A stretch of DNA of 42,333 nucleotides from Chthonomonas calidirosea (lineage in GTDB: Bacteria > Armatimonadota > Fimbriimonadia > Fimbriimonadales > Fimbriimonadaceae). Location of the stretch: the NCBI GenBank assembly GCA_945859975.1, contig CAMAPH010000023.1, positions 1 through 42,333 of the forward strand. Direction: 5' to 3'. Position 1 is the stretch's first letter. The number at the start of each line of letters is the position of its first letter. Both the position numbers and the translations under genes were made by a program. The notes below the pieces were generated by a model. That model saw nothing but the letters and a program-made list of their open reading frames with translations, made no database searches and had not been told where the DNA came from. Positions 1-9,497 of the stretch are shown here, piece by piece.

Positions 1-687
1 GCGTACTAGCGGATCGTTTGAGATCTCTTCCCGAGAGCCTTCTTTGATGATCTGCCCATCGATGAGGATGTAGTTGCGGTCGGTGATACGCAGGGTGGCC
101 GCGACGTTGTGGTCGGTGATCAGGATGCCAATACCGCGATTCCGGAGCCGGAAGATGATCTCTTGAATCTCTTCGATCGTGACCGGGTCAATGCCGGTGA
201 ACGGCTCATCGAGCAAGATGAACTTCGGGTTTGTAGCTAGCGCGCGAGCAATCTCAACCCGTCGTCGTTCGCCACCCGAGAGCACATTGCCCGTGCTTTG
301 AAGAATTCGGGTGATGTGCAATTCTTCGGCGAGCTCGGCGATGCGAGATTTGATTTCCGCGCGGGAGCGACCAACGAGCTGCAACACAAGCCGAAGGTTG
401 TCCTCGACGGTGAGCTTTCGGAAAACGCTGGCTTCCTGCGGCAAGTATCCGACGCCTTCTCGAGCGCGCTTGTACATTGGCCACTTGGTGACATCGAGGT
501 CATCGAACAGCACCTGTCCGCCATTAGGGCGAACCAAGCCGACCGTCATGTAGAACGTGGTCGTTTTCCCGGCGCCGTTCGGACCAAGAAGCCCGACGAT
601 CTCACCTTGGGTGATGTTGAAGCTCACTCCGCGGACGACTTGGCGTCCTCGGTACGTCTTCTTCAGCCCTTCTCCGCGAATTGTCAA
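1..687 (-). CDS. lptB: LPS export ABC transporter ATP-binding protein LptB (3' end runs off the window)
   Basis: Not in the ORF track because it is open at the window edge. Manual translation from TTG at 687 gives LTIRGEGLKKTYRGRQVVRGVSFNITQGEIVGLLGPNGAGKTTTFYM (Walker A), later LSGGERRRVEIARALA..PKFILLDEPFTGIDP and GIGILITDHNV, all LptB signatures. The TTG overlaps the stop of the upstream LptA-like gene. Confidence 0.93.
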   Translation of the reverse strand, partial: MTIRGEGLKKTYRGRQVVRGVSFNITQGEIVGLLGPNGAGKTTTFYMTVGLVRPNGGQVLFDDLDVTKWPMYKRAREGVGYLPQEASVFRKLTVEDNLRLVLQLVGRSRAEIKSRIAELAEELHITRILQSTGNVLSGGERRRVEIARALATNPKFILLDEPFTGIDPVTIEEIQEIIFRLRNRGIGILITDHNVAATLRITDRNYILIDGQIIKEGSREEISNDPLVR

Positions 688-1529
688 CGTGCCCCCAGTC
701 GCCCAGAACCCTTTGTTGCCGGACGACGAAAGGTGCTTTTGACCGGCTCGCCGATGGCTTCTAGGGCTTCAAGCTCGCCTTTCTCGTTGAGAGACAGGAC
801 TAGCTTCGTAACACCGGTGATTTCGGCGGTGTCCGGGTCGCTGCTTCCGTCGATCTTTACGTTACCGGAGAGCACTGCCTGAGCCGGGCTCACGGTGTAA
901 TCGACGGTGAGCTTGTCTCCGGTGGCCACGTAGTTGCCGGCCCGTGCGGCCTCGGATTTAGCCTGGACGATTGTCACCTTCACCGATCCAGTGAGCTCCG
1001 CGCGCCGAACGGGGTTCTTCTTTTTTTCCGCGGCGGGGGAAATCGTCATAAAGCCTCGCTGACCTACTGCAGTCAGGTTGGTACTGCCTTGGGTCGATTT
1101 ATCTCGGAGCGTCACATCACCTTCAAACTCGGCCCGATCTTCGGTCTTTCCACTTCGGTAGGTGAGCTTGTTGCTGTTCGCTTGTGACGTTCGGTCCGGC
1201 CTTGTCAAATCCAATTGGACATTGCCGATGGCGACGGCTTCGGTGATCTCGAGCAGACCCGCGGCGTTTGGTTTGGCGGTTGCTACCCGTTGGGCATCGG
1301 CCCTCAGCGAAGTTGAAGCTTGCAGCCGGAGGCCATCCGATTTCGATTCGAGCACGGCTTGCTTTCCGGCGGCAGGATAGACCACGTATTGCTCAACGCC
1401 CTTCTTGCTGCGCTTGACTCCGCCGCTTGCACCGGTGAGCGTAATGTCTCCCTTGTTAAGTCGAACGGTGAAATCTGCGTATGCCAGCGTGAAGAGCAGC
1501 AGGACGGCAGAAGAAATGGCACCTTTCAT
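684..1529 (-). CDS. LptA/OstA-like periplasmic beta-jellyroll LPS transport protein
   Basis: Signal peptide followed by repeated beta-strand motifs (AIGNVQL, FEGDVTL, LTGSVKV, LSGNVKI). Lies between the LptC-like gene and lptB with overlapping start/stop codons. Confidence 0.65.
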   Translation of the reverse strand: MKGAISSAVLLLFTLAYADFTVRLNKGDITLTGASGGVKRSKKGVEQYVVYPAAGKQAVLESKSDGLRLQASTSLRADAQRVATAKPNAAGLLEITEAVAIGNVQLDLTRPDRTSQANSNKLTYRSGKTEDRAEFEGDVTLRDKSTQGSTNLTAVGQRGFMTISPAAEKKKNPVRRAELTGSVKVTIVQAKSEAARAGNYVATGDKLTVDYTVSPAQAVLSGNVKIDGSSDPDTAEITGVTKLVLSLNEKGELEALEAIGEPVKSTFRRPATKGSGRLGAR

Positions 1530-2080
1530 AACTTACGAAAAACCTCCGGTGAACCTACCTTTTCCAGCCCCGGAGTTGCCCAAAGCGGTCCATCCATCTG
1601 GAGTTCACCTTGAGGACTGGTCACGCGGATGTTTCCCGTGGCTTTGACGATTTTGTCGGACTCGCGGTACGTCACTCGGTCGCAGGTGAGGACCGCGTCG
1701 ACCTTGGTCGAGGTCAATTTGACTTTCCCAACTAGTTCAACCGTTCGCTGTGCAGTGTCCACTTTTCCCTGCAGTGCCTCGTACCGGTTGGAGACGGCTT
1801 CGGCTTCCAAAATTTCGCCGCTCACGATTTCAAAACTTCCGGTTCCGGTTGACTCGCTATCCGGCCGAACCTGGGCCTGTTTCCATCGGATGGTCCACAG
1901 CTTTTCGCGTGGCAGCTTGGACGAGAACGTATCGGCCGCACCTGACTCAAGGTTAACGATCGGCGGGATTTCTGCTTTTTCTGGCGGTTTCGATGTGGCC
2001 TTCGCCTCAGGCTTCTTTCCGCCGCAACCGCTTACGCACAGAAGGATCAGGGGGAGCAACGCAACGATTTTCAGATTCAC
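1526..2080 (-). CDS. LptC-like LPS export lipoprotein
   Basis: Lipobox-like VSGC and OstA/LptC-type strands (LVGKVKL, LTCDRVTY, ATGNIRV). GTG start overlaps the rlmN stop (GTGA). Sits upstream of lptA-lptB. Confidence 0.65.
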   Translation of the reverse strand: MNLKIVALLPLILLCVSGCGGKKPEAKATSKPPEKAEIPPIVNLESGAADTFSSKLPREKLWTIRWKQAQVRPDSESTGTGSFEIVSGEILEAEAVSNRYEALQGKVDTAQRTVELVGKVKLTSTKVDAVLTCDRVTYRESDKIVKATGNIRVTSPQGELQMDGPLWATPGLEKVGSPEVFRKL

Positions 2081-3156
2081 GACGGAAGCACCGGAACAGG
2101 CCCGAGGGCGGTCCGCTTCGCAAAGCGGCCAGCATGTTGGCCGGCCAACTGGCCGCAGGCGGCTGCGATGTCGTGCCCGCGCTCGGTGCGCTCGGTCACG
2201 TTGATGCCACGGCCCTCCAGAATGCCTCTGAACTTTCGAACAGCTTCTCGCGTTGGTCGGGCGAACCCCTGATCGGTATCCACCCAGTTGAACGGAATCA
2301 AGTTCACAACATTCGGAAAGCCCTTCATCAATCTTGCCAACGCCTCAGCTTGGTCCGGCGTGTCGGTGACGTCCTTGATCAATAGGTACTCGAACGTGAC
2401 TTTCCTTCCGGTGGCCTGCTGATAGTCCCGCATGGTCTGAACGACTTCGGCAACGGGCCAGCGGTGATTAACCGGCATGAGGCGGTCGCGAACTGCGTCC
2501 AATGGGCTGTGCAGAGACAGGGCCAGGTGGATCGGAAGCTTCATCTCGGCCAGCTTCTTGATTTGCGGCACGAGACCGACGGTCGAAACCGTGAGGTGCC
2601 GCATCGAGAGTCCGACCTCATCCTTGAACAGGTGGAGAGCCTTCACGACATTGTCGAGGTTAAGGAGCGGCTCCCCCATGCCCATGAAGACCACGTGAGA
2701 GATTCGGCGTTCGGTCAGGCGTTGGAGCATGAGGTACTGGCCCACGATCTCTCCAGCGGTGAGATTGCGATCAAATCCGCCAAGCCCGGTCGCGCAGAAG
2801 GTGCAGCCCATCGGGCAGCCGACTTGGCTGGAAATGCAGCAGGAGACCCGGTCCGCGTACGGCAGGAGCACGCACTCGTAAACCTGGCCGTCACCGTTGT
2901 GGACAAGGAGCTTTTCGACGCCATCGGTGGACTTTCGATGGGTCGCGGTTGTCAGCGGTTGCGCGACAAATCGGGTGGCGAGTTCCTCTCGCAGGGCCTG
3001 GGGAAGATCGCCCATTTTCTCGAGTTGGTCCTCGGCTCGGCGATATAAATGCCAGCAAAGTTGCTTGGATCGAAGTCCTGCATCGGACCTATTTTCCAAA
3101 ACTTCCTTGAGTTCTAGACGCGTCTTACCGACAAGAGAATCGGGGACGGTTGCCAT
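2077..3156 (-). CDS. rlmN: 23S rRNA (adenine-2503-C2)/tRNA methyltransferase RlmN, radical SAM
   Basis: CISSQVGCPMGCTFCATG (CxxxCxxC), VFMGMGEP, SLHSP and the C-terminal DIAAACGQL motif. Confidence 0.96.
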   Translation of the reverse strand: MATVPDSLVGKTRLELKEVLENRSDAGLRSKQLCWHLYRRAEDQLEKMGDLPQALREELATRFVAQPLTTATHRKSTDGVEKLLVHNGDGQVYECVLLPYADRVSCCISSQVGCPMGCTFCATGLGGFDRNLTAGEIVGQYLMLQRLTERRISHVVFMGMGEPLLNLDNVVKALHLFKDEVGLSMRHLTVSTVGLVPQIKKLAEMKLPIHLALSLHSPLDAVRDRLMPVNHRWPVAEVVQTMRDYQQATGRKVTFEYLLIKDVTDTPDQAEALARLMKGFPNVVNLIPFNWVDTDQGFARPTREAVRKFRGILEGRGINVTERTERGHDIAAACGQLAGQHAGRFAKRTALGPVPVLPS

Positions 3157-3279
3157 GACGAGAGAATACCGCCCTGTAGTACATGCGGATTCGTGTTAAG
3201 TTTTCCGCTGTAAATCCTGAAGGCAGGTTCAAATTGACCGAACCTGTTAATTCCACCTGTTGTCGGCGCGTGCCGGAAC

Positions 3280-6200
3280 ATGCTAGACATTGTAACGATG
3301 CTTGCGTTAACTGCGGCTATGGTAGCGATGTCGGCAAACCCGGCAACGCTGCAAAACGCCTCCCCTCAAACTCCCATCGCCAACGCTTTCATTCGTAACA
3401 ACGGTCAATGGGATCCGGAGGCTCGGTTCTTGGCCCGCTCCGGAGGACTTGACTTCTGGGTGACTCGAACCGGCTTTACGTTGGACTTCCACCGGATCGC
3501 TTACGGAGAAAACACGGCCTCTAAGCAGGGCCACGTCGTGCAAGTTGAAGTTGTTGGTTCCACGGGTACAACCGCGGCCAATGGCGTCATCGAACTGCCT
3601 GGCGTAATCAACTACCTCAATGGCTCCCAAGAAAATTGGGTGAGCAACGTTCCTCGGTTCGCCGAGGCACAGTCGGTCGGCCTTTTGCCGAACGTCGATG
3701 CTCGCTTCTATTTCGACAAGGGAATGCCTCGATACGACATGGTTGTTCGCCCTGGCGCGAACCCGAACTCGATCAAGCTCGCCTACACCGGCGCCAAGAA
3801 TCTTCGGGCTGAGAACAACGTTCTTCGCTACGAAACCACTTTTGGCACGGTTGAAGAGCAGGGCCTCTTCGTTTACCAAAAGGTCAACGGAACCATCAAG
3901 CCAGTCTCGGCAAAGCACGTAGTTAACGCAGATGGAACCGTTTCGTTCCAACTGGGCGCCTACGACTCTTCGAAGGCACTGATCATCGACCCAGTCATCT
4001 GGTCCACCTACCTTGGTGGCACCGCGAACGACCAGCCTAAGCGAAACATCGTTGACGGCACGGGCGCTCACTACGTTACGGGTACGACTCTCGCAGCCGA
4101 CTTCCCAACCACCGCTGGTGCCTACGATCTCGCGATCAACGGCGCTTCGGATGCGTTCGTGACCAAGCTTGCTGCTGATGGCAGCTCGCTGGTTTACAGC
4201 ACCTACGTTGGTGGAACAGGATCGGAAGAAGGAAACGGCCTTGCTGTTTCGAACTCCGGTACGGTCACCTTCGTTGGTCGAACGACCTCTGGCGCGACCT
4301 TCCCACAGATTCCTCCTGCGGCAACTCCGTTGTCGGCCGGTGGTGGTGTGGATGATGCCTTCATCGCGACGATCAACGCAGCTGGAACCGCACTCACGTT
4401 CGCTTCCAAGCTCGGTGGAAGCCTCCACGATCAGGCCAACAACGTTGTTCTAAACAACACCACGGCTACGGTTGTCGGAGAAACGACTTCGACCAACTAC
4501 CCAGCTCGAACGACCAACCCAGACATTCGACCGTTCCAGTTCTCGAACGGCGGCGGACAGGATGCCTTCATCACCGAAGTCAACCTCGACACCCGACGAG
4601 TCAGCTTCTCCACCTACGTGGGCGGCGCTGGCACGGAAACGGCAACCGACGTTCTCTTGCTTTCTGGCTTGCCAATCGCAATCGGAACGACCACCGGAAC
4701 CTTCACGGCAGCTTCTTACGCTGCTAAGCCAGGATTCGACAAGACTGCCAACGGCGGCACCGACGCTTGGCTCCTCGGAGTCGGCAGCGGTTACGCTTCC
4801 GTAAGCTTCTGGTCGCTCTACGGCGGAACGAACAACGAGTCGGCTGGTGGCTTCTACCGAGCCTCCGACGGTGCATTGTTCATGGCTGGTACCACGAACT
4901 CCGGCGATCTTCCGATCGTTCTCGGATACCAATCCGCTCTCTTCGGATTCGGCGGCGGCTACATGGCCAAGTTCACCGGCGACACGAGCACGCTCACTGC
5001 ATCGACCTTCTACCGAGGATCGACCGGCGACGTTTCGATCGCTGACATTCAGGCAGACCCGCTCGGCGCACCAGTCGTCATCGGACGATCGGCAGCTCGA
5101 GACCTTAAGCTCGGCGGAATGGATGCAGACCGAACTCGACGCGGCGGCAGCGATGTCTTCGTTTCGCGATTCAGCCCTGCTCTGAACGTCTTCTGGCACG
5201 GCACTTACCTCGGCGGTAACAACGACGATTGGGCTTCAAGCCTTGCAATGTTCGGCACGACCGCCGTTGCTTCGGGTTGGACCAACTCCAGCATCCTGCC
5301 AAACACGGCTGGTAAGGCACAGCCTGCACTCGCAGGTGGAAACGACGGCTTCTTGGCCAGCGTTACCCTCCCAGTCTCGTTCACGCAGTTCAATGCTTAC
5401 GCTCCAATCTCGCCATACCGATGGCCATTCGACGTTCGAACCGATGCTGGCGTTTACGCTGACACCGTCGTAACGTTCACTTCGGACAACGCCAAGTTCC
5501 CACTTCCAGCATCGGTAACCATCCCACGCGGAAGCAACAAGTCGGCAACCCTTTCGGTAACTCCAACTCCCGCTGGTTCGATCCAGATGGACGAAGTTGC
5601 TAACCTGTCGGCAACCTCCGGCGCAACGGTTTTGACCCAGACGGTCAACATCCCAGCACCAGTTATCTCGACCATCGCCTTCGACACCACCGAGCAGCCA
5701 GCAGGCCTCGACGTGATCGCAACGGTCAACCTAGCTTCGGCTAACCCAACCCTCTACATCCCAGTTGGTCTTTCGCTCGTCGATGCGACCACCGGCGACC
5801 CAATCGACCCAGCGCAGGCATTCCTGCACCGGTCCAGCGTCCTCACGATTCCAGCCAACGAAATGTCTGGCGTCGTCTACATCCGATCACTCGCTCGAAA
5901 CACTGACCTCTCGGTCAAGATCAAGGGACCTCTCGGATTCATGAGCGACACCGTTCTTCTCAAGAAGACTGCGGTGAGCAGCGTGACCCTCAGCCGAGAC
6001 ACGGTGAAGGGCGGAACCTCAACTCTCGTCACTGGTACGGTTCGACTTTCGAACCGAGCACCACTTGGCGGAACCGTGGTCGAGCTTGACGCCGACACCG
6101 ACGCGGCAAACGTTCCAGCGTCCGTAACGGTTCCTGCTGGTTCCACCTCCGCTACGTTCACGTTCAACACGGATGCAGTTGCGACCGACACCCTTGCCAC

Positions 6201-6552
6201 CATCGTTGGTGCTGCAAACGGAACGTCGGCTTCGGATACGGTCACGATTCAGGCACCAGTTCTTAACAACTTCGTGCTTGACTTCCCAACCCGAACCGTT
6301 GGTACTTCGCAGCGAGCCCGCGTCTACATTGACGGCAACGCTCCGGTTGGCGGCATGGACATCACGATCATGCTCGTGAATCCTTCCACGGGTGTAACCG
6401 TTCCTGCAACGGTCAACATTCCTGAAGGACTTCGAGTCTCCTCGAGCTTCCTCATGCCAATCGATGCTTCGATCGGAACTACCCCAGTCGTGGTCACCCT
6501 CCGAGCAACGCTCGGAACCGTGAGCATCGACAAGACCTTCACGGTTAACTAA
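3280..6552 (+). CDS. Large secreted/cell-surface protein with SBBP beta-propeller repeats and C-terminal Ig-like repeats (start may be ATG 3298)
   Basis: N-terminal FIRNNGQW...YDSSKALIIDP domain of the type that precedes SBBP proteins. Repeated STY(L/V)GG..D(A/V)F(V/I) propeller blades. Four C-terminal repeats (SVTIPRG, LTIPAN, SVTVPAG, TVNIPEG). Confidence 0.8.
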   Translation: MLDIVTMLALTAAMVAMSANPATLQNASPQTPIANAFIRNNGQWDPEARFLARSGGLDFWVTRTGFTLDFHRIAYGENTASKQGHVVQVEVVGSTGTTAANGVIELPGVINYLNGSQENWVSNVPRFAEAQSVGLLPNVDARFYFDKGMPRYDMVVRPGANPNSIKLAYTGAKNLRAENNVLRYETTFGTVEEQGLFVYQKVNGTIKPVSAKHVVNADGTVSFQLGAYDSSKALIIDPVIWSTYLGGTANDQPKRNIVDGTGAHYVTGTTLAADFPTTAGAYDLAINGASDAFVTKLAADGSSLVYSTYVGGTGSEEGNGLAVSNSGTVTFVGRTTSGATFPQIPPAATPLSAGGGVDDAFIATINAAGTALTFASKLGGSLHDQANNVVLNNTTATVVGETTSTNYPARTTNPDIRPFQFSNGGGQDAFITEVNLDTRRVSFSTYVGGAGTETATDVLLLSGLPIAIGTTTGTFTAASYAAKPGFDKTANGGTDAWLLGVGSGYASVSFWSLYGGTNNESAGGFYRASDGALFMAGTTNSGDLPIVLGYQSALFGFGGGYMAKFTGDTSTLTASTFYRGSTGDVSIADIQADPLGAPVVIGRSAARDLKLGGMDADRTRRGGSDVFVSRFSPALNVFWHGTYLGGNNDDWASSLAMFGTTAVASGWTNSSILPNTAGKAQPALAGGNDGFLASVTLPVSFTQFNAYAPISPYRWPFDVRTDAGVYADTVVTFTSDNAKFPLPASVTIPRGSNKSATLSVTPTPAGSIQMDEVANLSATSGATVLTQTVNIPAPVISTIAFDTTEQPAGLDVIATVNLASANPTLYIPVGLSLVDATTGDPIDPAQAFLHRSSVLTIPANEMSGVVYIRSLARNTDLSVKIKGPLGFMSDTVLLKKTAVSSVTLSRDTVKGGTSTLVTGTVRLSNRAPLGGTVVELDADTDAANVPASVTVPAGSTSATFTFNTDAVATDTLATIVGAANGTSASDTVTIQAPVLNNFVLDFPTRTVGTSQRARVYIDGNAPVGGMDITIMLVNPSTGVTVPATVNIPEGLRVSSSFLMPIDASIGTTPVVVTLRATLGTVSIDKTFTVN

Positions 6553-6567
6553 GAAACCGTAAAGGTT

Positions 6568-6600
6568 GGGCGGAGAGCAACGTTGCTCTCCGCCCTTTTT
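6568..6600 (+). terminator. Rho-independent terminator
   Basis: Perfect 28-bp palindrome GGGCGGAGAGCAACGTTGCTCTCCGCCC followed by TTTTT, 15 nt after the SBBP-protein stop. Confidence 0.9.
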
Positions 6601-6670
6601 GCGTTTGGACCTACCGATTTCCGGTCAGAGAACTCTGGGCTAGTTTTCTGCGTTTTACTTCTCAAAGGTT

Positions 6671-7801
6671 ATGAAAGCGATTCACTACTTTGGAACTGGA
6701 GTTGCCGTCTTCGTAGGTGCCCTGGGAGCGTTGCAGGTCAACCGACAATTTGAGAAGCCTGCGGTCGTTGCCACCGCGAAGAAAGTGCCGGTTGAATACC
6801 AAATCGAACCGGCGCAGTTTTCCGCTGCCGGTGCCGTCGACTTCCGCGCGGCGGCGCAAAAGGTGAACAAATCCGTGGTCAGCATTGACCGGTTCAACAA
6901 CGCCACCGACTTCTTTGGCGAGCCGGTGGGCGAGCAGGAAACCGGTTCAGGCTCCGGCGTTGTCATCGGCGCAAACGGAATCATCGTCACGAACAACCAT
7001 GTCGTCGCGGATGCCACTCGAGTCCAAGTTCGCACCAGCGATGGCCGATCGCTGGATGCCAAGGTACTTGGAACCGACCCCGTTTCAGACCTGGCGGTAC
7101 TGCAAGTAACGGGAGCAAACCTTCCGGCAGTTCCGATGGGGAATAGCAAAGACCTTCAGGTTGGCCAATGGGTCATGGCGGTTGGTAACCCGCTTGGATT
7201 TGATAACACCGTTTCGGTCGGCGTTGTGAGTTCGCTTAAGCGAAGTCTGCCGATTCAGGGCAGTGCCCTTGTGGATGCCATCCAGACGGATGCAGCAATC
7301 AACCCTGGTAACTCCGGCGGTGCACTGACGGATGCCAGCGGAAACTTGATCGGAATCAACTCCGCCATCGCAAGCAACAACCGAGGCAGCATCGGAATCG
7401 GTTTTGCGATTCCCGTCGACCGGGTTCAAAAGGTCGTCAATGACATCGTTAAGTTCGGCTACACCCGATATCCCGGCCTAGGCATTCGCTACCGAAAGGA
7501 ATGGGACGGCGCGCTTGCATTTGGCCGAGTTCGACGCCAGATCGCCCAGGAGACGAGAGCCACCGATGTGCCGAATTCCGGAATCATCATCGCCGGAGCC
7601 GAGGGGGAAGCCGCGAAAGCAGGAATTGGTACTTGGGATATTCTGCTGTCGATTGACGGACAAAAGACGGAAAGCTTGTTCGATTTGAACCGAGTTTTAG
7701 TACCGAAAAAGCCAGGTGATGTAGTGACCATCAAGGTGTGGTCAAAGGGTCAAGAAAAGACCATAAAGATTGCATTACAGGAGCTTCGACGAGACGTCTG
7801 A
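6671..7801 (+). CDS. HtrA/DegP-family trypsin-like serine protease with one PDZ domain
   Basis: Catalytic-triad motifs TNNHVV, DLAVL and IQTDAAINPGNSGG, plus GSGSGV, GIGFAIP, an N-terminal anchor and a C-terminal PDZ-like region. Confidence 0.93.
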   Translation: MKAIHYFGTGVAVFVGALGALQVNRQFEKPAVVATAKKVPVEYQIEPAQFSAAGAVDFRAAAQKVNKSVVSIDRFNNATDFFGEPVGEQETGSGSGVVIGANGIIVTNNHVVADATRVQVRTSDGRSLDAKVLGTDPVSDLAVLQVTGANLPAVPMGNSKDLQVGQWVMAVGNPLGFDNTVSVGVVSSLKRSLPIQGSALVDAIQTDAAINPGNSGGALTDASGNLIGINSAIASNNRGSIGIGFAIPVDRVQKVVNDIVKFGYTRYPGLGIRYRKEWDGALAFGRVRRQIAQETRATDVPNSGIIIAGAEGEAAKAGIGTWDILLSIDGQKTESLFDLNRVLVPKKPGDVVTIKVWSKGQEKTIKIALQELRRDV

Positions 7802-7856
7802 GTTCGTCACTTAGTAGGAGAGTGAAGGTTCGTTCCTGAACCTTCTCACGAACCAT

Positions 7857-9497
7857 ATGTCGCTCTACTCAGATGGACTGGCGCAATTTCTCGACGTTCT
7901 TCCCGGCCATGTCCGCGCTCGTCTTGAGCGGTCCGGCGACCTCGATGCTCTCATCGAGGTCGTTCTAGACTACGGCCGACCGGCAGAAGCCCGCTATCGC
8001 GACCGCGTGGAACGCTTCCACGATATTGGGGTCAGCGAACTGGATTTGGAATACGTTTCCAAGTCGATTGGTGAGTTCGGAACGGACAACCGAGCTGGAA
8101 TAGAACGGACCCTCCACCGAATCTCGGCAATCCGAAACCGCCACCAAAAGATTGTTGGTCTCACTTGCCGAGTTGGTCGTGCGCTAGAAGGCACGATCGA
8201 CATGATCGACGACATCGTGCGGAGCGGCAAGTCGATTCTGCTGCTGGGCCGACCCGGAGTTGGAAAGACAACGAAGCTTCGCGAGATTGCGCGGGTTCTT
8301 GCCGACGAAGTTGGCAAGCGGGTCGTGATTGTGGACACGTCAAACGAAATTGCAGGTGATGGTGACGTCCCACACCCAGGAATTGGCTACGCCCGACGAA
8401 TGCAGGTTCGGGCGGCGGCGGAACAGCATAACGTGATGATCGAGGCGGTGGAGAACCACATGCCCGAAGTCATCGTGATCGACGAAATTGGCACCGAGCC
8501 TGAGTCTTTTGCGAGCCGCACCATCGCTGAGCGCGGCGTACAGTTGGTCGGCACGGCCCACGGACAGACGCTCGAGAACTTGATGCTGAATCCGACCCTC
8601 GCCGATCTCATCGGTGGCATCCAGGCGGTTACGTTGAGCGACGCTGAAGCCCAGCGACGAGGCACGCAGAAGACGGTCCTCGAGCGAAAGGCTCCTCCAA
8701 CCTTCGACGTTGTCATTGAGCTTTTGGACTACGACCGCTGCGCTGTGCATCACAACGTGATGAAAACGGTCGACACCATCCTTCGTGGCGTTGCGCCGCG
8801 ACCGGAAATTCGGGTCCGAACCGGCGGGGGAATCGAAATTGTTCAGAACGAGCAGCCCATCGAAACCGATGAGGCCAGCTTCAACGAGCGATTCCCTTCG
8901 CTCGCAAGAAAGCCCCAAGCGGAGCCCCGCGGTAAAGAGCGGGGCACAGATCGAAACGCACCCGCACTGCCGCGACAGGCGCCAGTTGCAGGAGACCCTA
9001 CAAAGGATAAGGAGGTGGACGCTACGACCGGCTCGTACGTCCGTATCTTTCCCTACGGGATCGCCCGCACCCGTCTCGAACGTGCAATCCGGGAAAGGAA
9101 AGCGGCGGCGTTCGTCACTTCGGACATCTCCCAAGCGGACGCGGTAATGGCCATCCGGTCGGCGTATCAATCGAAGCCTAAAAAGCTGAGAGAGATCGCG
9201 GGTCGGCCGATTCACACCGTCGTGGTCAAGTCGAATACGTTCAGCCAGATTTCTTCGGCCCTTGAGGAAGTTTTGCGGTCTTCGGGTCAGAAGCCAGACA
9301 ACGATCGGGAAGTGATTTCAGAAGTCGAGACGGCTATTGAAGTCGTGATGCAAAGCAATCGCCCGTTCGAGCTGAGCCCGGCACCGGCTCCTGTACGTAA
9401 GATCCAGGCGCAGTTCGCCGAGAGCCGAAAGCTCGCGGTCGAATGCGTCGGCGAGGACCCCAACCGAAGGGTGCGCGTGCTTCCGATCAGGCTATGA
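7857..9497 (+). CDS. Ycf45/SpoIIIAA-type AAA ATPase with C-terminal R3H-like domain
   Basis: RTLHRISAIRNR, GLTCRVGRA, Walker A GRPGVGKTT, VDTSNEIAGDGD, EAVENHMPEVIVIDEIG and GTAHG. The C-terminal region reads FELSP....RKIQ..FAE....ECVGEDPNRRVRV. Confidence 0.88.
   Translation: MSLYSDGLAQFLDVLPGHVRARLERSGDLDALIEVVLDYGRPAEARYRDRVERFHDIGVSELDLEYVSKSIGEFGTDNRAGIERTLHRISAIRNRHQKIVGLTCRVGRALEGTIDMIDDIVRSGKSILLLGRPGVGKTTKLREIARVLADEVGKRVVIVDTSNEIAGDGDVPHPGIGYARRMQVRAAAEQHNVMIEAVENHMPEVIVIDEIGTEPESFASRTIAERGVQLVGTAHGQTLENLMLNPTLADLIGGIQAVTLSDAEAQRRGTQKTVLERKAPPTFDVVIELLDYDRCAVHHNVMKTVDTILRGVAPRPEIRVRTGGGIEIVQNEQPIETDEASFNERFPSLARKPQAEPRGKERGTDRNAPALPRQAPVAGDPTKDKEVDATTGSYVRIFPYGIARTRLERAIRERKAAAFVTSDISQADAVMAIRSAYQSKPKKLREIAGRPIHTVVVKSNTFSQISSALEEVLRSSGQKPDNDREVISEVETAIEVVMQSNRPFELSPAPAPVRKIQAQFAESRKLAVECVGEDPNRRVRVLPIRL

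Noticed and set aside
298..882. 194-aa plus-strand ORF and other short ORFs at the left edge
   Set aside because: They are antisense or off-frame shadows of lptB/lptA. The real gene is the minus-strand LptB, which is open at the window edge.
3307..5199. Long minus-strand ORFs (373 aa, 249 aa) within the SBBP gene
   Set aside because: Antisense shadows caused by strong codon bias, with no recognisable motifs.
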